Shown one piece after another: positions 10,074-19,653 of a stretch of DNA of 64,000 bases (its first letter is position 1; each line of letters opens with the position of its first letter). The stretch spans positions 96,001-160,000 of the forward strand of contig CBDBLO010000002.1 of the NCBI GenBank assembly GCA_965207075.1, in the 5' to 3' direction. The notes below the pieces were generated by a model. That model saw only the letters and a list, made by a program, of their open reading frames with translations. It ran no database searches and was not told the DNA's origin. A program made the translations under genes and the position numbers. Source of the DNA: Nitrosopumilus sp. GTDB taxonomy: Archaea > Thermoproteota > Nitrososphaeria > Nitrososphaerales > Nitrosopumilaceae.

Positions 10074-10607
10074 CTAGGATGCCGCCCCTTCTGGACTGCT
10101 CCTATATGCCAGCATGAAGCAAAAGCCGCCACACATGACGCCGACTGCCAAAAGTGCGACAAACCCGCCGATTGGCTCTACAAACGAATCCATGATTGCG
10201 GGGGACTGTGGGCCTGGCTTCCCCGTGGCAAACACGTCCAGCAGCCCGCTTCCTGCAAGGCCCGCAAACGTCATGATCATCATGGCCCCGGCGCCGCCGA
10301 CGTTCATCCCGATTAGATGTATGGCAGCCAGCGTATTTGACGCACGTGAGAACTTTTTTTTGAGGGTGATCTCCAAGTGGCTGTAAAACAACGCGGTGAC
10401 TGCTATTGCAACTATGACGATCAAGTGAAACACTATCCCCAGAAAGAACCACTTGGCGGCCCCTCCAAATGACAGTGACAGGTGCTGGATTATATTCACG
10501 TTGGCGTATGTCACCTGCATCCCTACAAGGGCCAGAGCCATCCCGGTAATCACTGCCCCTTGAATTATCGCGGTTATTATGAACCGGTCAACCCATCTCG
10601 TCCTCAA
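10074..10607 (-). CDS. hypothetical membrane protein (about 4 TM helices)
   Basis: Four hydrophobic segments and a HLIGMNVG motif; GC lower than the flanks. Confidence 0.7.
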   Translation of the reverse strand: MRTRWVDRFIITAIIQGAVITGMALALVGMQVTYANVNIIQHLSLSFGGAAKWFFLGIVFHLIVIVAIAVTALFYSHLEITLKKKFSRASNTLAAIHLIGMNVGGAGAMMIMTFAGLAGSGLLDVFATGKPGPQSPAIMDSFVEPIGGFVALLAVGVMCGGFCFMLAYRSSPEGAAS

Positions 10608-10714
10608 CCTACGCGCACCCGTAAACCATAACTCCGTTTGCTTACATCCAGTGCCGGCGCATGCCCATGGCTTTCATATGTGTCGGATTCCAAATAAAGC
10701 TTGGGTTAATGCAT

Positions 10715-10766
10715 CTCAGGTCACCGATTTGACAGCCCCGCTCAGGTCACCAATTTGACAGAGTCC
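10715..10766. repeat. two tandem 26-bp units CTCAGGTCACCnATTTGACAG ending in GAGTCC; possible mobile-element end
   Basis: Near-identical array at 32434-32485. Confidence 0.75.
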
Positions 10767-10860
10767 GCCAAGCCCCGCAGGCACACGCCCGCGGCAGGCG
10801 GGGGCTTGCGCGAACCCGTGCCTGATTCCGCGGCAGCCGGATCGCTACGCCGGCGCCGGC

Positions 10861-11949
10861 TCATACGACTCCGGTACTCTTTGCCAGGCTCAGCGCCTTT
10901 CGCGGGGTCATCTCCGACTCGGACAGTATGGTATAACGCTCCGGCCTGAGCCCCTGCGCCATGCAGAGCGCCCTTACTATGTGGTCCGCGTCAAGCCCCA
11001 CCTGCTCTGCAGTCGTGGGGGCCCCCACATCCCTCAGGGCCCTTGCAATCCTGCGCCAGTCCTGCCCGTGCAGCTTTGCCATCATTATCGATCCGATCCC
11101 GCACTTTTCGCCGTGCAGTCCTATACCGGGGGCTATCGCGTCGAGCGCGTGGGAGAACAGGTGCTCGGAGCCGGAGCAAGGCCTGCTGCTGCCGGCTATG
11201 CATGACGCGACCCCGGCGCTGATCAGCCCCTCGACGATCAGCCTGGCGTCCGTGCCCTTCTCTGCAAACTCGGCCGAGTTCTCGATTACCATCATCGCGC
11301 TCATCGTGGCCAGGTCGGCCGCATACCTCCCATAGTACTCGTCGGTGCGCCTGTGCCCGAGCTGCCAGTCCCGGACCGCGATGATGTTGGCGATCAGATC
11401 GCCGCAGCCGCTTGCAAGCAGCCCGGGCGGGGCGCTCTTGATTATGCTGATGTCCACAAAGACCCCCAGCGGCGCGGATGCCACTATCGAGTGCGGCCTG
11501 TCGCTCTTGATGGAGACAAACGGGCTTGCCATTCCGTCGTGGGACGCGGCGGTGGGCACGCTGACAAACGGCCTCCGTATGCCAAACGAGATCATCTTGG
11601 CGGTGTCAACAGACCTTCCGCCTCCTATCCCGGCGACCATCTCGGTGTCATCCTCCTCGATCTCGGCCCGTATGCGGTCAAGCGAGTCGGGGTTGTTCTT
11701 GCCTGCCTTGTGCCACACGTATGCGATGCCGGCAGACTCGAGCGACTCCTCGACGGTCTTTCTGATGATGCGCCGCACGTTGGAGCCGGACACTAGGGAT
11801 ATGCCGTCGGGCCTTTTCGCGGCGCTGCTGCTGCTGCCGTAACCTACGCCGCCTGCCAGCGAGCAAAGAAACCGCCCAAACCCGTCCAGGTTCTTCTCTC
11901 CTATCTCTATGAGGCGCGGCAGCTCCATAGTATGCATATTGCCCGTCAT
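10861..11949 (-). CDS. egsA: sn-glycerol-1-phosphate dehydrogenase
   Basis: GIGGGRSVDTAK, VPTAASHDGMAS, SRPCSGSEHLFSHALD, LHGEKCG. Confidence 0.96.
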   Translation of the reverse strand: MTGNMHTMELPRLIEIGEKNLDGFGRFLCSLAGGVGYGSSSSAAKRPDGISLVSGSNVRRIIRKTVEESLESAGIAYVWHKAGKNNPDSLDRIRAEIEEDDTEMVAGIGGGRSVDTAKMISFGIRRPFVSVPTAASHDGMASPFVSIKSDRPHSIVASAPLGVFVDISIIKSAPPGLLASGCGDLIANIIAVRDWQLGHRRTDEYYGRYAADLATMSAMMVIENSAEFAEKGTDARLIVEGLISAGVASCIAGSSRPCSGSEHLFSHALDAIAPGIGLHGEKCGIGSIMMAKLHGQDWRRIARALRDVGAPTTAEQVGLDADHIVRALCMAQGLRPERYTILSESEMTPRKALSLAKSTGVV

Positions 11950-12023
11950 CGTAGTACGGAAGCGACCTCTGTATTTATGTCAAAATGGGGCATCCAAGGG
12001 GACGCAGGCGGCACGTAATGTGG

Positions 12024-12947
12024 CTAGGCAGTCCTGCCGTCACCAGAGTCGGCGTTGGTGTCCGGGGTGGAGGTAGCAGTAGTATTGTCACCACTGGCAG
12101 CGTCATCGGCAGCAGTGTCACCACTGGCAGTGTCACCACTGGCAGCGTCATCGGCGGCAGTGTCACCACTGGCAGCGTCATCGGCGGCAGTGTCACCACT
12201 GGCAGCGTCATCGGCTGCCGGAGTATCCGGCTGTTGTTGTGGCGGTGCCTTTGCGGCAGCCTTTGCCTTGTTCTCAAAGCTCTCCACGAACCGCACAGAG
12301 TCCAGATCAGGCACGAACTTGAATATGTCGCGCGCGATCCTGCGCTTTGCGGCGGGCAGTTCCATGGACTCCAGTATGTCCCCCGCAAGCGTGATCGAGA
12401 GGACGCCTGCATCCGTCGCAAATTCCGGTTCCTTGATGCTCAGTCTGGCCAGCAGTATGCTGCGTATGATGTCGTCCGGCTTGTCAAGCAGCGCCTTGAC
12501 GGTCGCGTCATACACAAGGGTCTTGCCGGCGTGCACGTGGTTAAAGTCAATCTGCACCCTGCCGGAGCTCATGAACCTGATTATACCCGGCTTGTCGTCA
12601 ATAAGCACGCGATCCCCCGCCGAGTAGTGGTCGGCGTCCTTGCCGAGCTTCCGCTGCGGATACGTGCGCACCTGTTTCGGATCCCGCACGCCCCACGCCT
12701 TCTCTGGCCCGACCTCTATGGCCCTGCTCTCTCCCACCGACATCTCCCCGAGTCCCTCAGCAAAGCCCTTGAGGACCGGATAGTTGGCCTCCCCGACAGA
12801 GACGAGCCGGGGCACGTACAGAACTTCGGGATCGTGTATCGAACCGGCCTTGGCGTCCTCCTCGCTGGTAGTCTCGATGACGGCGTCGCTGTCCTTGGCG
12901 CGCATCGTATACTCTACTAGAATCAGCGACCCCTTCTCAAAAGTCAA
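12024..12947 (-). CDS. slyD: FKBP-type peptidyl-prolyl isomerase (archaeal long SlyD type) with acidic repeat tail
   Basis: ILVEYT..VIETT, PEKAWG.RD, VQIDFNHVHAGKTL. Confidence 0.9.
   Translation of the reverse strand: MTFEKGSLILVEYTMRAKDSDAVIETTSEEDAKAGSIHDPEVLYVPRLVSVGEANYPVLKGFAEGLGEMSVGESRAIEVGPEKAWGVRDPKQVRTYPQRKLGKDADHYSAGDRVLIDDKPGIIRFMSSGRVQIDFNHVHAGKTLVYDATVKALLDKPDDIIRSILLARLSIKEPEFATDAGVLSITLAGDILESMELPAAKRRIARDIFKFVPDLDSVRFVESFENKAKAAAKAPPQQQPDTPAADDAASGDTAADDAASGDTAADDAASGDTASGDTAADDAASGDNTTATSTPDTNADSGDGRTA
12085..12214 (-). repeat. in-frame 30-bp tandem repeat encoding (DTAADDAASG)n in the SlyD tail
   Basis: About 4 copies of gcagtgtcaccactggcagcgtcatcggc(g/a) plus one 15-bp partial unit. 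Confidence 0.9.
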
Positions 12948-13057
12948 CGGGCCTGCTCTCGAATTTCCACATATTAAATCAAACGCGCTCAGGCTGCCGC
13001 TCGCCCGCTTGCGGCGCCGTCGCCAGACCCCTCCGGGGGTGGCTCCGGCGTACGTCG

Positions 13058-14203
13058 TCAGAGCGCCTTTAGCTCCTCTTCGGCCGCCTTTAGCCCGGCC
13101 TGCGGGTCTGTGTCGTACCCCATCATGGCAAGCGTGGAGGATATGGCAGATATGGTCCGCATCACGTGATAGGGGCTCACCTCACCCATGCACCCCACCC
13201 TGAAGACCTTGCCCTTGAGGTTGCCAAAGCCGCCCGCCACAAGAACCTTGAACTTTGCCGCAAGCGTGTCCCTGAACGTCTTGTCCTCCAGCCCCTCCAG
13301 ATAGTTCAATGCCACTATGGATATCGACCTGTCCTCCTCCTTTGCAAACGGGGTCAGCCCTATGGCGCTGAGCCCCGAGTACAGAGCGTCGGAGCACGTC
13401 CGGTGGCGCCGGAACACGTTTGGCAGCCCCTCCTCCAGCAGTATGGAGAGCGCCTCCCTGTAGGCGTGCAGCAGGGGCAGGGCCGGCGTGAACGGGGTGT
13501 GCCTCGACTCCTCGTAGTACTTGAAGTAGCGTGCCAGGTTAAAGTACATCGTGCTCGGCGGGTTCTCGATCATGTACTTCTTGGCCCTCGGGCTTACTGA
13601 TATCGGGGATATTCCGGGCGGCGCCGCGATCGCCTTTTGCGCGCCCGTCATGCAGACGTCCACGTTCCACTTGTCAACGGGCAGCTCGGCTCCGCCCAGC
13701 AGCGAGACAGAATCCACCACGTAGAACGCGTCGTTTCTCGACGTCAGGTCGGACACCCGGTCAAGATACTTGACCATGGTCCCAGTCGAGGTCTCGTTGT
13801 GCACCACGTAGAACGCCTTTACGTCGGGGTTGTTGTCAAAGGCCTCCTTTACCTGATCAAACGTTGCGTTCTGTCCCGGCGGCGTCTCCAGCCTTACCAC
13901 GTTTGCGCCCTGCCCCTCGATGAGCTGGGCCAGCCTGTTTGAGAACTCGCCGTTTACCGGTATGATCACCTTGTCGTCCTTCTTGACCAGGTTGACGACG
14001 CCCGCCTCGACGGCCCCGGTTCCGGACGCGGAGAGGGCTACCACGTCGTTCGTGGTCTCGAACACCTGCTGGGTCTTTGATATTACGTCCGTGTACAGGT
14101 CCACAAAGTCGTCGCTGCGGTGGTTTATCATGGGCGCCAGCATGGCCCTCATGACCCTGTTGGGAACGTTTGTGGGGCCCGGAAGCATCGCCAGATATTC
14201 CAT
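13058..14203 (-). CDS. class V PLP aminotransferase (alanine-glyoxylate / serine-pyruvate type)
   Basis: MLPGPTNVP, SGTGAVEA, HNETSTG, VDSVS, GAQKA, FRVGCMG. Confidence 0.92.
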   Translation of the reverse strand: MEYLAMLPGPTNVPNRVMRAMLAPMINHRSDDFVDLYTDVISKTQQVFETTNDVVALSASGTGAVEAGVVNLVKKDDKVIIPVNGEFSNRLAQLIEGQGANVVRLETPPGQNATFDQVKEAFDNNPDVKAFYVVHNETSTGTMVKYLDRVSDLTSRNDAFYVVDSVSLLGGAELPVDKWNVDVCMTGAQKAIAAPPGISPISVSPRAKKYMIENPPSTMYFNLARYFKYYEESRHTPFTPALPLLHAYREALSILLEEGLPNVFRRHRTCSDALYSGLSAIGLTPFAKEEDRSISIVALNYLEGLEDKTFRDTLAAKFKVLVAGGFGNLKGKVFRVGCMGEVSPYHVMRTISAISSTLAMMGYDTDPQAGLKAAEEELKAL

Positions 14204-14237
14204 GTTTGCTCTGGATGCCGTCCTGCTTTATTTATAA

Positions 14238-14753
14238 CTAGAGATCCGCCAGGCGCGTCGCCGCGCCGCACCGCCGCAGGACGTCCCGCGTCCCGGACGG
14301 GACGAGCCGCTGCCAGTCGGACGGTGGGGCCCCGCCCCCGATCATGTTCCGGATGCGGGTGCCGGACAGCTCGCCCCGGTTGAGGAACGGGATTCGGACG
14401 GCCCTGACGGCGCCCCTCCTCCTCTCAGAGTAGAGGCGCTCAGTCAGCCGGTCGTTTGTAAACACCACGCCAAAGGGGGGCACGATCTCGTCGATCAGGT
14501 CAAGCCACCTGACGTGGTTCTCCACGTCCGGTATGTCGTATATCTCAATGCGCGCCGCCGTGCCGGCGTCCACCGAGGAGAGTATCATCTCCCTGCGCTC
14601 CGCTGCCGTAAACGGGTTTGCCGCCTCCGGGGGCCTGTTGGAGCTGCCTATTCCGATCCAGAGCCGGTCCGCCGTGCCGAGCGCAAACCGGAGCGCGGAC
14701 ATGTGCCCCAGATGAAACGGCTGGAACCTGCCCACCAAGAGACCGTCGGCCAC
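14238..14753 (-). CDS. nadM: nicotinamide-nucleotide adenylyltransferase
   Basis: GRFQPFHLGH, IGIGSSN, NPFTAAER, LSGTRIR. Probable GTG start at 14753. Confidence 0.93.
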   Translation of the reverse strand: MADGLLVGRFQPFHLGHMSALRFALGTADRLWIGIGSSNRPPEAANPFTAAERREMILSSVDAGTAARIEIYDIPDVENHVRWLDLIDEIVPPFGVVFTNDRLTERLYSERRRGAVRAVRIPFLNRGELSGTRIRNMIGGGAPPSDWQRLVPSGTRDVLRRCGAATRLADL

Positions 14754-14837
14754 TGCTATACTGCGCGGCAGCTCTAAAAAAAGTGTCAGGCCCGCCGCCG
14801 CGGGGTCGGGCACGGCGGCACCCGGGCCGGCAGATGA

Positions 14838-17621
14838 TTACCTGTTCCTGCACTCCATGCATTCGGACGGCAGCATGGAGTGGTCGCCGGACCGCAGGCA
14901 CTCTGCCAGCAGCTGCCGCGCCCCCTCGATTCCAAACAGGCTCTGTATCTCCGGTATGCCGCGCCCCTCCTTCTTGCACCCGGAGCAGGCGTACGTCAGG
15001 CCGGCGTCCTCGTCGTCCTCGTCGTCCTCGTCGTCCTCCCACACGTCGCTGTCCTCTATCCTGCCGCCGCGCGCCCTCTGCCTCTTCACGGCAAGCATTG
15101 CGTCCCCCTTCCTTGCGTCGACGTCGTCGCCGCCGGCCGCCGCCTCCGCGTCCTCGTCGTACGGATCCTCCCATGTCTTCCAAAAGTTCTTGAAGATCTT
15201 CCATCCAAGCTCCACCTCGACCACGTCATAGTTCTGGCGCAGCTGAAAGTTGTCATCGACGTCCACCAGCAGCATGTTCTCGGTCCCGCCGCTCTTGGTC
15301 CCGCGCATGCCCCTTCCTATCATCTGCGTGTACAGCAGCGTGCTCTTGACGGGCCTGCCCACGAACACGCAGTCTATGTTGGGCGCGTCAAAGCCCGTGG
15401 TCAGGACGTCAAAGTTGCACAGCACCTCCAGATCCCCCGACCGGAACTGCTCTATCGCGTTAACGCGGGAGTCCAGGTCCATCTTCGAGTCCACGTACTT
15501 CACCTTCATGTGGTACAGCACCTTTAGCAGCATAGCAATCTGCCTCGAGTGCGCCACGCTGCACCCGAAGAACAGTATCTTGCGCTTGCCCAGCCCGTTG
15601 AGGCGCTTTATCTCCCTGACTATCATGGAGTTGCGGGACCTGTCGCGCCCTATCTCCTTGATCGTCTCCCTGCGGAACTCGCCAAAGGTCGCCATATACT
15701 TGACGTCCTGCGTGCTCAGCTCGTAGTTGCTCGAGGAGAGCACCTTGTGGTATACGTCACACAGAATGTTGCGCATTATGAGCCGGTGGTACAGGTTCTT
15801 CTGGCGCTCCTCAGGCGTCATCTTCGACTCCGTCGGCCTGGGCTCGACTGTAATCCGGGCCGTCGTGACTGACTCGTTGCCGTGGCTGTCCCTTACGGAC
15901 AGCGCCACCTCGTAGTACCCAGGCTTCTTGAACTCGTGTATGATGTTCCTCTGCCCGTCGTACGTCCAGGTCGGGAGCGTGTCCGTCCCGTCCCCCGGGC
16001 CGCTGCCGCCGTCATGCGTGTCGTCATCCGCGCCGCCGGCGTCGGCCGCCTGCCCCTCCGCGTCCTCTCCGGGGCCGCGGCCGTCCTCCGCGCCCTCCAG
16101 GGTGTTGTCGTCGTACGTGACGACGCCGCCCTCCCTCGCGGCGTCCGCAGGCAGCGTCCCCTCCCCCTCCTTCTCCTCTTTGAGCTGTGCGGTGCGCGTG
16201 ATGGTCCACCTAAAGTCCCCGTCCTCGATGTGCCCGTCCCGGTCGTACGAGTTCTCGCCTATGATCTTTATCGGATCCTTCGTGTATGCGATGGTCTGGC
16301 AGTCCACTACGGCGTGGGGCTTGTAGCGCCTCAGCTCCTCGGAGTAGGGTATGGTCGGAAAGTACGTGCCGCCCATGCGCCGCTTGAGCCTGTCAGTGTC
16401 CAGGCCCGTGCCCTTGCCCCGGAACGGCGTGGCCGTCAGGCCGATGAGTATGATCCCCCACTCGGATATCTCCGACTTTCTGTTGTCCCAGTTAAAGCCC
16501 ATCTCCCGCAGCACCCTGGAGTAGGACGAGGCGACGGCGTGGTGCGCCTCGTCTATGATGATGCAGGCAGTCAGCCTGCCGAGCGTCCGGAGCTGCTCGG
16601 GCTGCTCCATTATCTTGAGGAGCGACTGTATCGTGGCCACAATTATCCCCTTCTCGTCAAGCAGGTCGTCCATGCCGAGGGTGGGCAGCGCGCCCCCCGC
16701 GCCCCAGAAGCGGTGCATGTGCAGCGTGGTGCCGCGCCGGCCGACGTCCTCAAAGACGGCCTTGAACGTGCTGAACGCCTGCTCGCAGAGCTCGTTGGAC
16801 TGGGCGATCCAGAGTATGAACCTAGAGTCACGCTGCTGCGCGTTCTTTGAGGGCTTGCCGTCGTTGAGCCACTCTATTATGGTCTCGACAAGCATACGGG
16901 TCTTGCCGGCGCCGGTGGGGATGGATATCATCTTGCGCTTTGCCTCCTTGTCGTTCTCGACCATGGTCCCCTCCAGCATCCTGCGCACGACAATCCCGGT
17001 CGTAAACTGGTAGTCGTACAGGGGGTTGAGCGTGGTGTGCGGGACTATGATCTCAGTGTCCGGCAGCGACTCGACGTACTCCTTTTCTGCCACCGACGGC
17101 GGCAGTCCCAGCACGCCGGCGAGGGCCAGCCCGAGGTTGTTTGTAATCTCCAGGGCCGGTATGTCGGTTATGCGGTTTACAGAGCCCCTCTTTGCGCTGC
17201 GCACCGCGGACCGTACGGCCCCGATTATGTCGTCGGGCTCTGCAAGCCCCTTTGCGGTTACGGTTGCAAGTATCAGGTCCAGAAAGAGCCTGCGCTTTGT
17301 CGTGTCGTTCTCTATGTTCCGCAGAAAGCGCGAGCCGACCGTATCGTACAGTATCTCCGAGAGCCTGTCGGGGTTGAAGACGTCCCTGTTGTCGTCTGAG
17401 AACATCATGATGATGTCCGGGTTGATCTGCGATATTATGGCCGAGAGCTCGTCTGTGGACCACCACTCCTTGAACCGCGTCATGCACAGCTCCTTTGAGT
17501 TTACGACGGCCGGCTCGTCCGTCTTTTTCTCGACCTTGCGCCTCTTTTTTGGCGCGGAAGGTACGTCCTGCGGCTCCGTGGCTGCAGCGGCGACCCCGGC
17601 CTTTCTTGTCCTTACCACCAT
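14838..17621 (-). CDS. SF2 DExH helicase (ResIII / Irc3-like) with internal PKD-like domain and C-terminal CxxC..CxxC
   Basis: LYDYQ Q-motif, IPTGAGKT, IIIDEAHH, GLTATP, VLTTGFDAP, QMIGRGMR. Probable ATG start at 17621 (ORF track gives 17795). Confidence 0.9.
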   Translation of the reverse strand: MVVRTRKAGVAAAATEPQDVPSAPKKRRKVEKKTDEPAVVNSKELCMTRFKEWWSTDELSAIISQINPDIIMMFSDDNRDVFNPDRLSEILYDTVGSRFLRNIENDTTKRRLFLDLILATVTAKGLAEPDDIIGAVRSAVRSAKRGSVNRITDIPALEITNNLGLALAGVLGLPPSVAEKEYVESLPDTEIIVPHTTLNPLYDYQFTTGIVVRRMLEGTMVENDKEAKRKMISIPTGAGKTRMLVETIIEWLNDGKPSKNAQQRDSRFILWIAQSNELCEQAFSTFKAVFEDVGRRGTTLHMHRFWGAGGALPTLGMDDLLDEKGIIVATIQSLLKIMEQPEQLRTLGRLTACIIIDEAHHAVASSYSRVLREMGFNWDNRKSEISEWGIILIGLTATPFRGKGTGLDTDRLKRRMGGTYFPTIPYSEELRRYKPHAVVDCQTIAYTKDPIKIIGENSYDRDGHIEDGDFRWTITRTAQLKEEKEGEGTLPADAAREGGVVTYDDNTLEGAEDGRGPGEDAEGQAADAGGADDDTHDGGSGPGDGTDTLPTWTYDGQRNIIHEFKKPGYYEVALSVRDSHGNESVTTARITVEPRPTESKMTPEERQKNLYHRLIMRNILCDVYHKVLSSSNYELSTQDVKYMATFGEFRRETIKEIGRDRSRNSMIVREIKRLNGLGKRKILFFGCSVAHSRQIAMLLKVLYHMKVKYVDSKMDLDSRVNAIEQFRSGDLEVLCNFDVLTTGFDAPNIDCVFVGRPVKSTLLYTQMIGRGMRGTKSGGTENMLLVDVDDNFQLRQNYDVVEVELGWKIFKNFWKTWEDPYDEDAEAAAGGDDVDARKGDAMLAVKRQRARGGRIEDSDVWEDDEDDEDDEDAGLTYACSGCKKEGRGIPEIQSLFGIEGARQLLAECLRSGDHSMLPSECMECRNR

Positions 17622-17851
17622 GTACAGGGATCCCCCTCCCGCCGCCGCCTCCGTCACGACGGGCGCGGCGCGTCCCGTGCGTTCCGTAGGGCCATAAAGG
17701 GGCCAGAGCGAGCCCAAATAACAATTTTGTCCCTTGCCCCGGGTCGGTGTGCGAACCGGCCTGCCGCGCCCATAATCGAACCGTTTCAGGCACAAGCGCG
17801 CCGCGCGCTCGAATTAGGCAGTCTCGGACGGCGCATGATGTCGCCTGCGCC

Positions 17852-18958
17852 TCACCGGGCGCCAAGCTCCACGAGGGCGTCCATGTAGTCCTCGCCGTTG
17901 ATCCGGAGCTCCTGCTGGCACGTGATGACCGAGTAGAGAACCTGTATCGTGTTCTGGTCGTCTCCGACCTCCCTCACGTCGTGCCTCTCGCGCACCTGCG
18001 CGCCGGCCTCCTCCATCTGCACGACTAGGCCCTCTGTCTCCTCACCGTGGGCAGTCGTCATCTCCACGTGGTCGCCCGTTCCCGGAAAGGACGTGGCGGT
18101 GATCCGCGCCGCCGCCTCCCTCTGCTCCTCAAGTGATGACGCAATCTCGGACAGTCCGCTGTCTTGCGCGTGCCGTATGTGCAGGTCGTACTCGTCTGCC
18201 AGCAGCGAGACCAGTCCGGCCACCGCCGCGTCGTTGGCGTCCCGGAACTCCTGCCGTTCCTGCTGCGCCCCGACCGATGCGGGGTCGAACCCGTTGACCT
18301 TTTCGCGCTCCATGCGTATGTTATCCAGTATCTCATTCAGGCGCTGGTCCGTCTGCCCGTCTCCCCAGTACTTTTGGTACTCGGAGACGCGGACCATGTG
18401 CTTGTTGTTGCGCGTCAGAAAGTCCTCGTACGCGGTATCGCGCTTCTCCTCTATTGTATATGCCGACGCAAGCGTCTTGAACTCCTTGTCGATGGTGCTC
18501 CACGCGGTCTGGGTGGTCAGTACGCCCTCGGCCGCAAAGCTGGAGATGCGCCCGTCTATCATCGCGTCGTATATGTCCTCGCCGACCGAACCCTTGTCCA
18601 GGACGAACGTGCTTTTCAGGGGCACAGCGGCCCCGGAGTAGAAGACCGCCCTGCCGGGAAGCGCGATGTCAATCACCGAGTACTGCCCTGATCCCAGCAG
18701 CGTCCCGTCGCCGTACAGCTGGTACCCGATGCTGGCGACGGTGAACGTCTTTTCGCTCGGGTTGGACACTACAAACTCTACCACGAACTCCGCCTGGTTT
18801 GTAACGGCGTTGACGTCCCTGAGCGTCACGGAGCCGAGCTCGATCTCCGCCTGCTCCAGCGACTCGTTGTCCAGGCTTGCATAATAGATGATTCCGCCCA
18901 TCAGCGCGAGCATGCTGCCTATCGCGACGTACACGGTCGTCTTGCTCTGTAGCTCCAT
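17852..18958 (-). CDS. membrane-anchored LEA_2/WHy-like protein with about 200-aa C-terminal extension
   Basis: N-terminal TM helix, then V.NPSEKTFTV..IGYQLY.DG..LGSG pattern. Acidic helical extension follows EFKT. Confidence 0.7.
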   Translation of the reverse strand: MELQSKTTVYVAIGSMLALMGGIIYYASLDNESLEQAEIELGSVTLRDVNAVTNQAEFVVEFVVSNPSEKTFTVASIGYQLYGDGTLLGSGQYSVIDIALPGRAVFYSGAAVPLKSTFVLDKGSVGEDIYDAMIDGRISSFAAEGVLTTQTAWSTIDKEFKTLASAYTIEEKRDTAYEDFLTRNNKHMVRVSEYQKYWGDGQTDQRLNEILDNIRMEREKVNGFDPASVGAQQERQEFRDANDAAVAGLVSLLADEYDLHIRHAQDSGLSEIASSLEEQREAAARITATSFPGTGDHVEMTTAHGEETEGLVVQMEEAGAQVRERHDVREVGDDQNTIQVLYSVITCQQELRINGEDYMDALVELGAR

Positions 18959-19107
18959 GCGCTACCGGCCCGTGAATTATTAAAAAAGGTTTCAAGACGA
19001 CCGGCGGCCCACCGGTCATGCGGCCCCACGCCCCGGCGTCCAGCTTGGCGCAGATCCGAATCCCCCCTCCCCAAATAGATAATATCCCCTGCCGCTTGGA
19101 CGTCACG

Positions 19108-19605
19108 ATGTCCGCGTTGGAGCAGGCCCTCCTGACATGGGTCCACCTCATATCGGCCTCTATCTGGGTGGGCGGCTCGCTGTTCATCGGGGTTGTCTTC
19201 TCCCCCCTGCTAAAGACGATGGCCGACTCGGTGGAGGACAGGATGAAGATAATGATACGCGTGGGCAGGAGGTTCAACATGGTGGCCATCCCCGCGCTCG
19301 GGATACTCGTGGCCACCGGGCTGTACAGCTCGCACGCCCTGCTTGCCAGGCCGGAGCTCCTGATGGCCACCAGCTATGGGACGTTTCTGGCAGTCAAGGT
19401 GGGGCTGGTGGCCGCGCTCGTCGCGGCATACGTGGCTCACGTGAGGATAATCTCCAAGGGCGTGGAGGAGAGGATAATGTCCGGCGCGCTCTCGACGCGG
19501 GAGGTCCAGAGGCTGCGAAAGAAGATCATAATACTGGGGGAGGTCACCGTGGCGATATCCGTTGCCATACTGCTCTTCGCGGCCCTGCTGGATGCGGGGG
19601 TCTAG
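19108..19605 (+). CDS. CopD-family copper resistance membrane protein
   Basis: WVHLISASIWVGG, ATG.Y, TSYGTFLAVK; 4 TM helices. Confidence 0.8.
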   Translation: MSALEQALLTWVHLISASIWVGGSLFIGVVFSPLLKTMADSVEDRMKIMIRVGRRFNMVAIPALGILVATGLYSSHALLARPELLMATSYGTFLAVKVGLVAALVAAYVAHVRIISKGVEERIMSGALSTREVQRLRKKIIILGEVTVAISVAILLFAALLDAGV

Positions 19606-19653
19606 CCTCTCGTTGCGGCGGCAGCCGCGGCGCCCGGTTGCCCCAGCAAGCTG

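Noticed and set aside
10715-10766. 26-bp repeats as a mini-CRISPR
   Set aside because: Only about 5 nt separate the conserved cores, far too short for spacers.
15843-16323. Intein in the helicase
   Set aside because: No Cys/Ser start with HN-C/S/T end and no LAGLIDADG motif; the insert looks PKD-like.
14838-17621. Type III restriction-modification system
   Set aside because: No adjacent methyltransferase and no PD-(D/E)xK nuclease motif was recognised.
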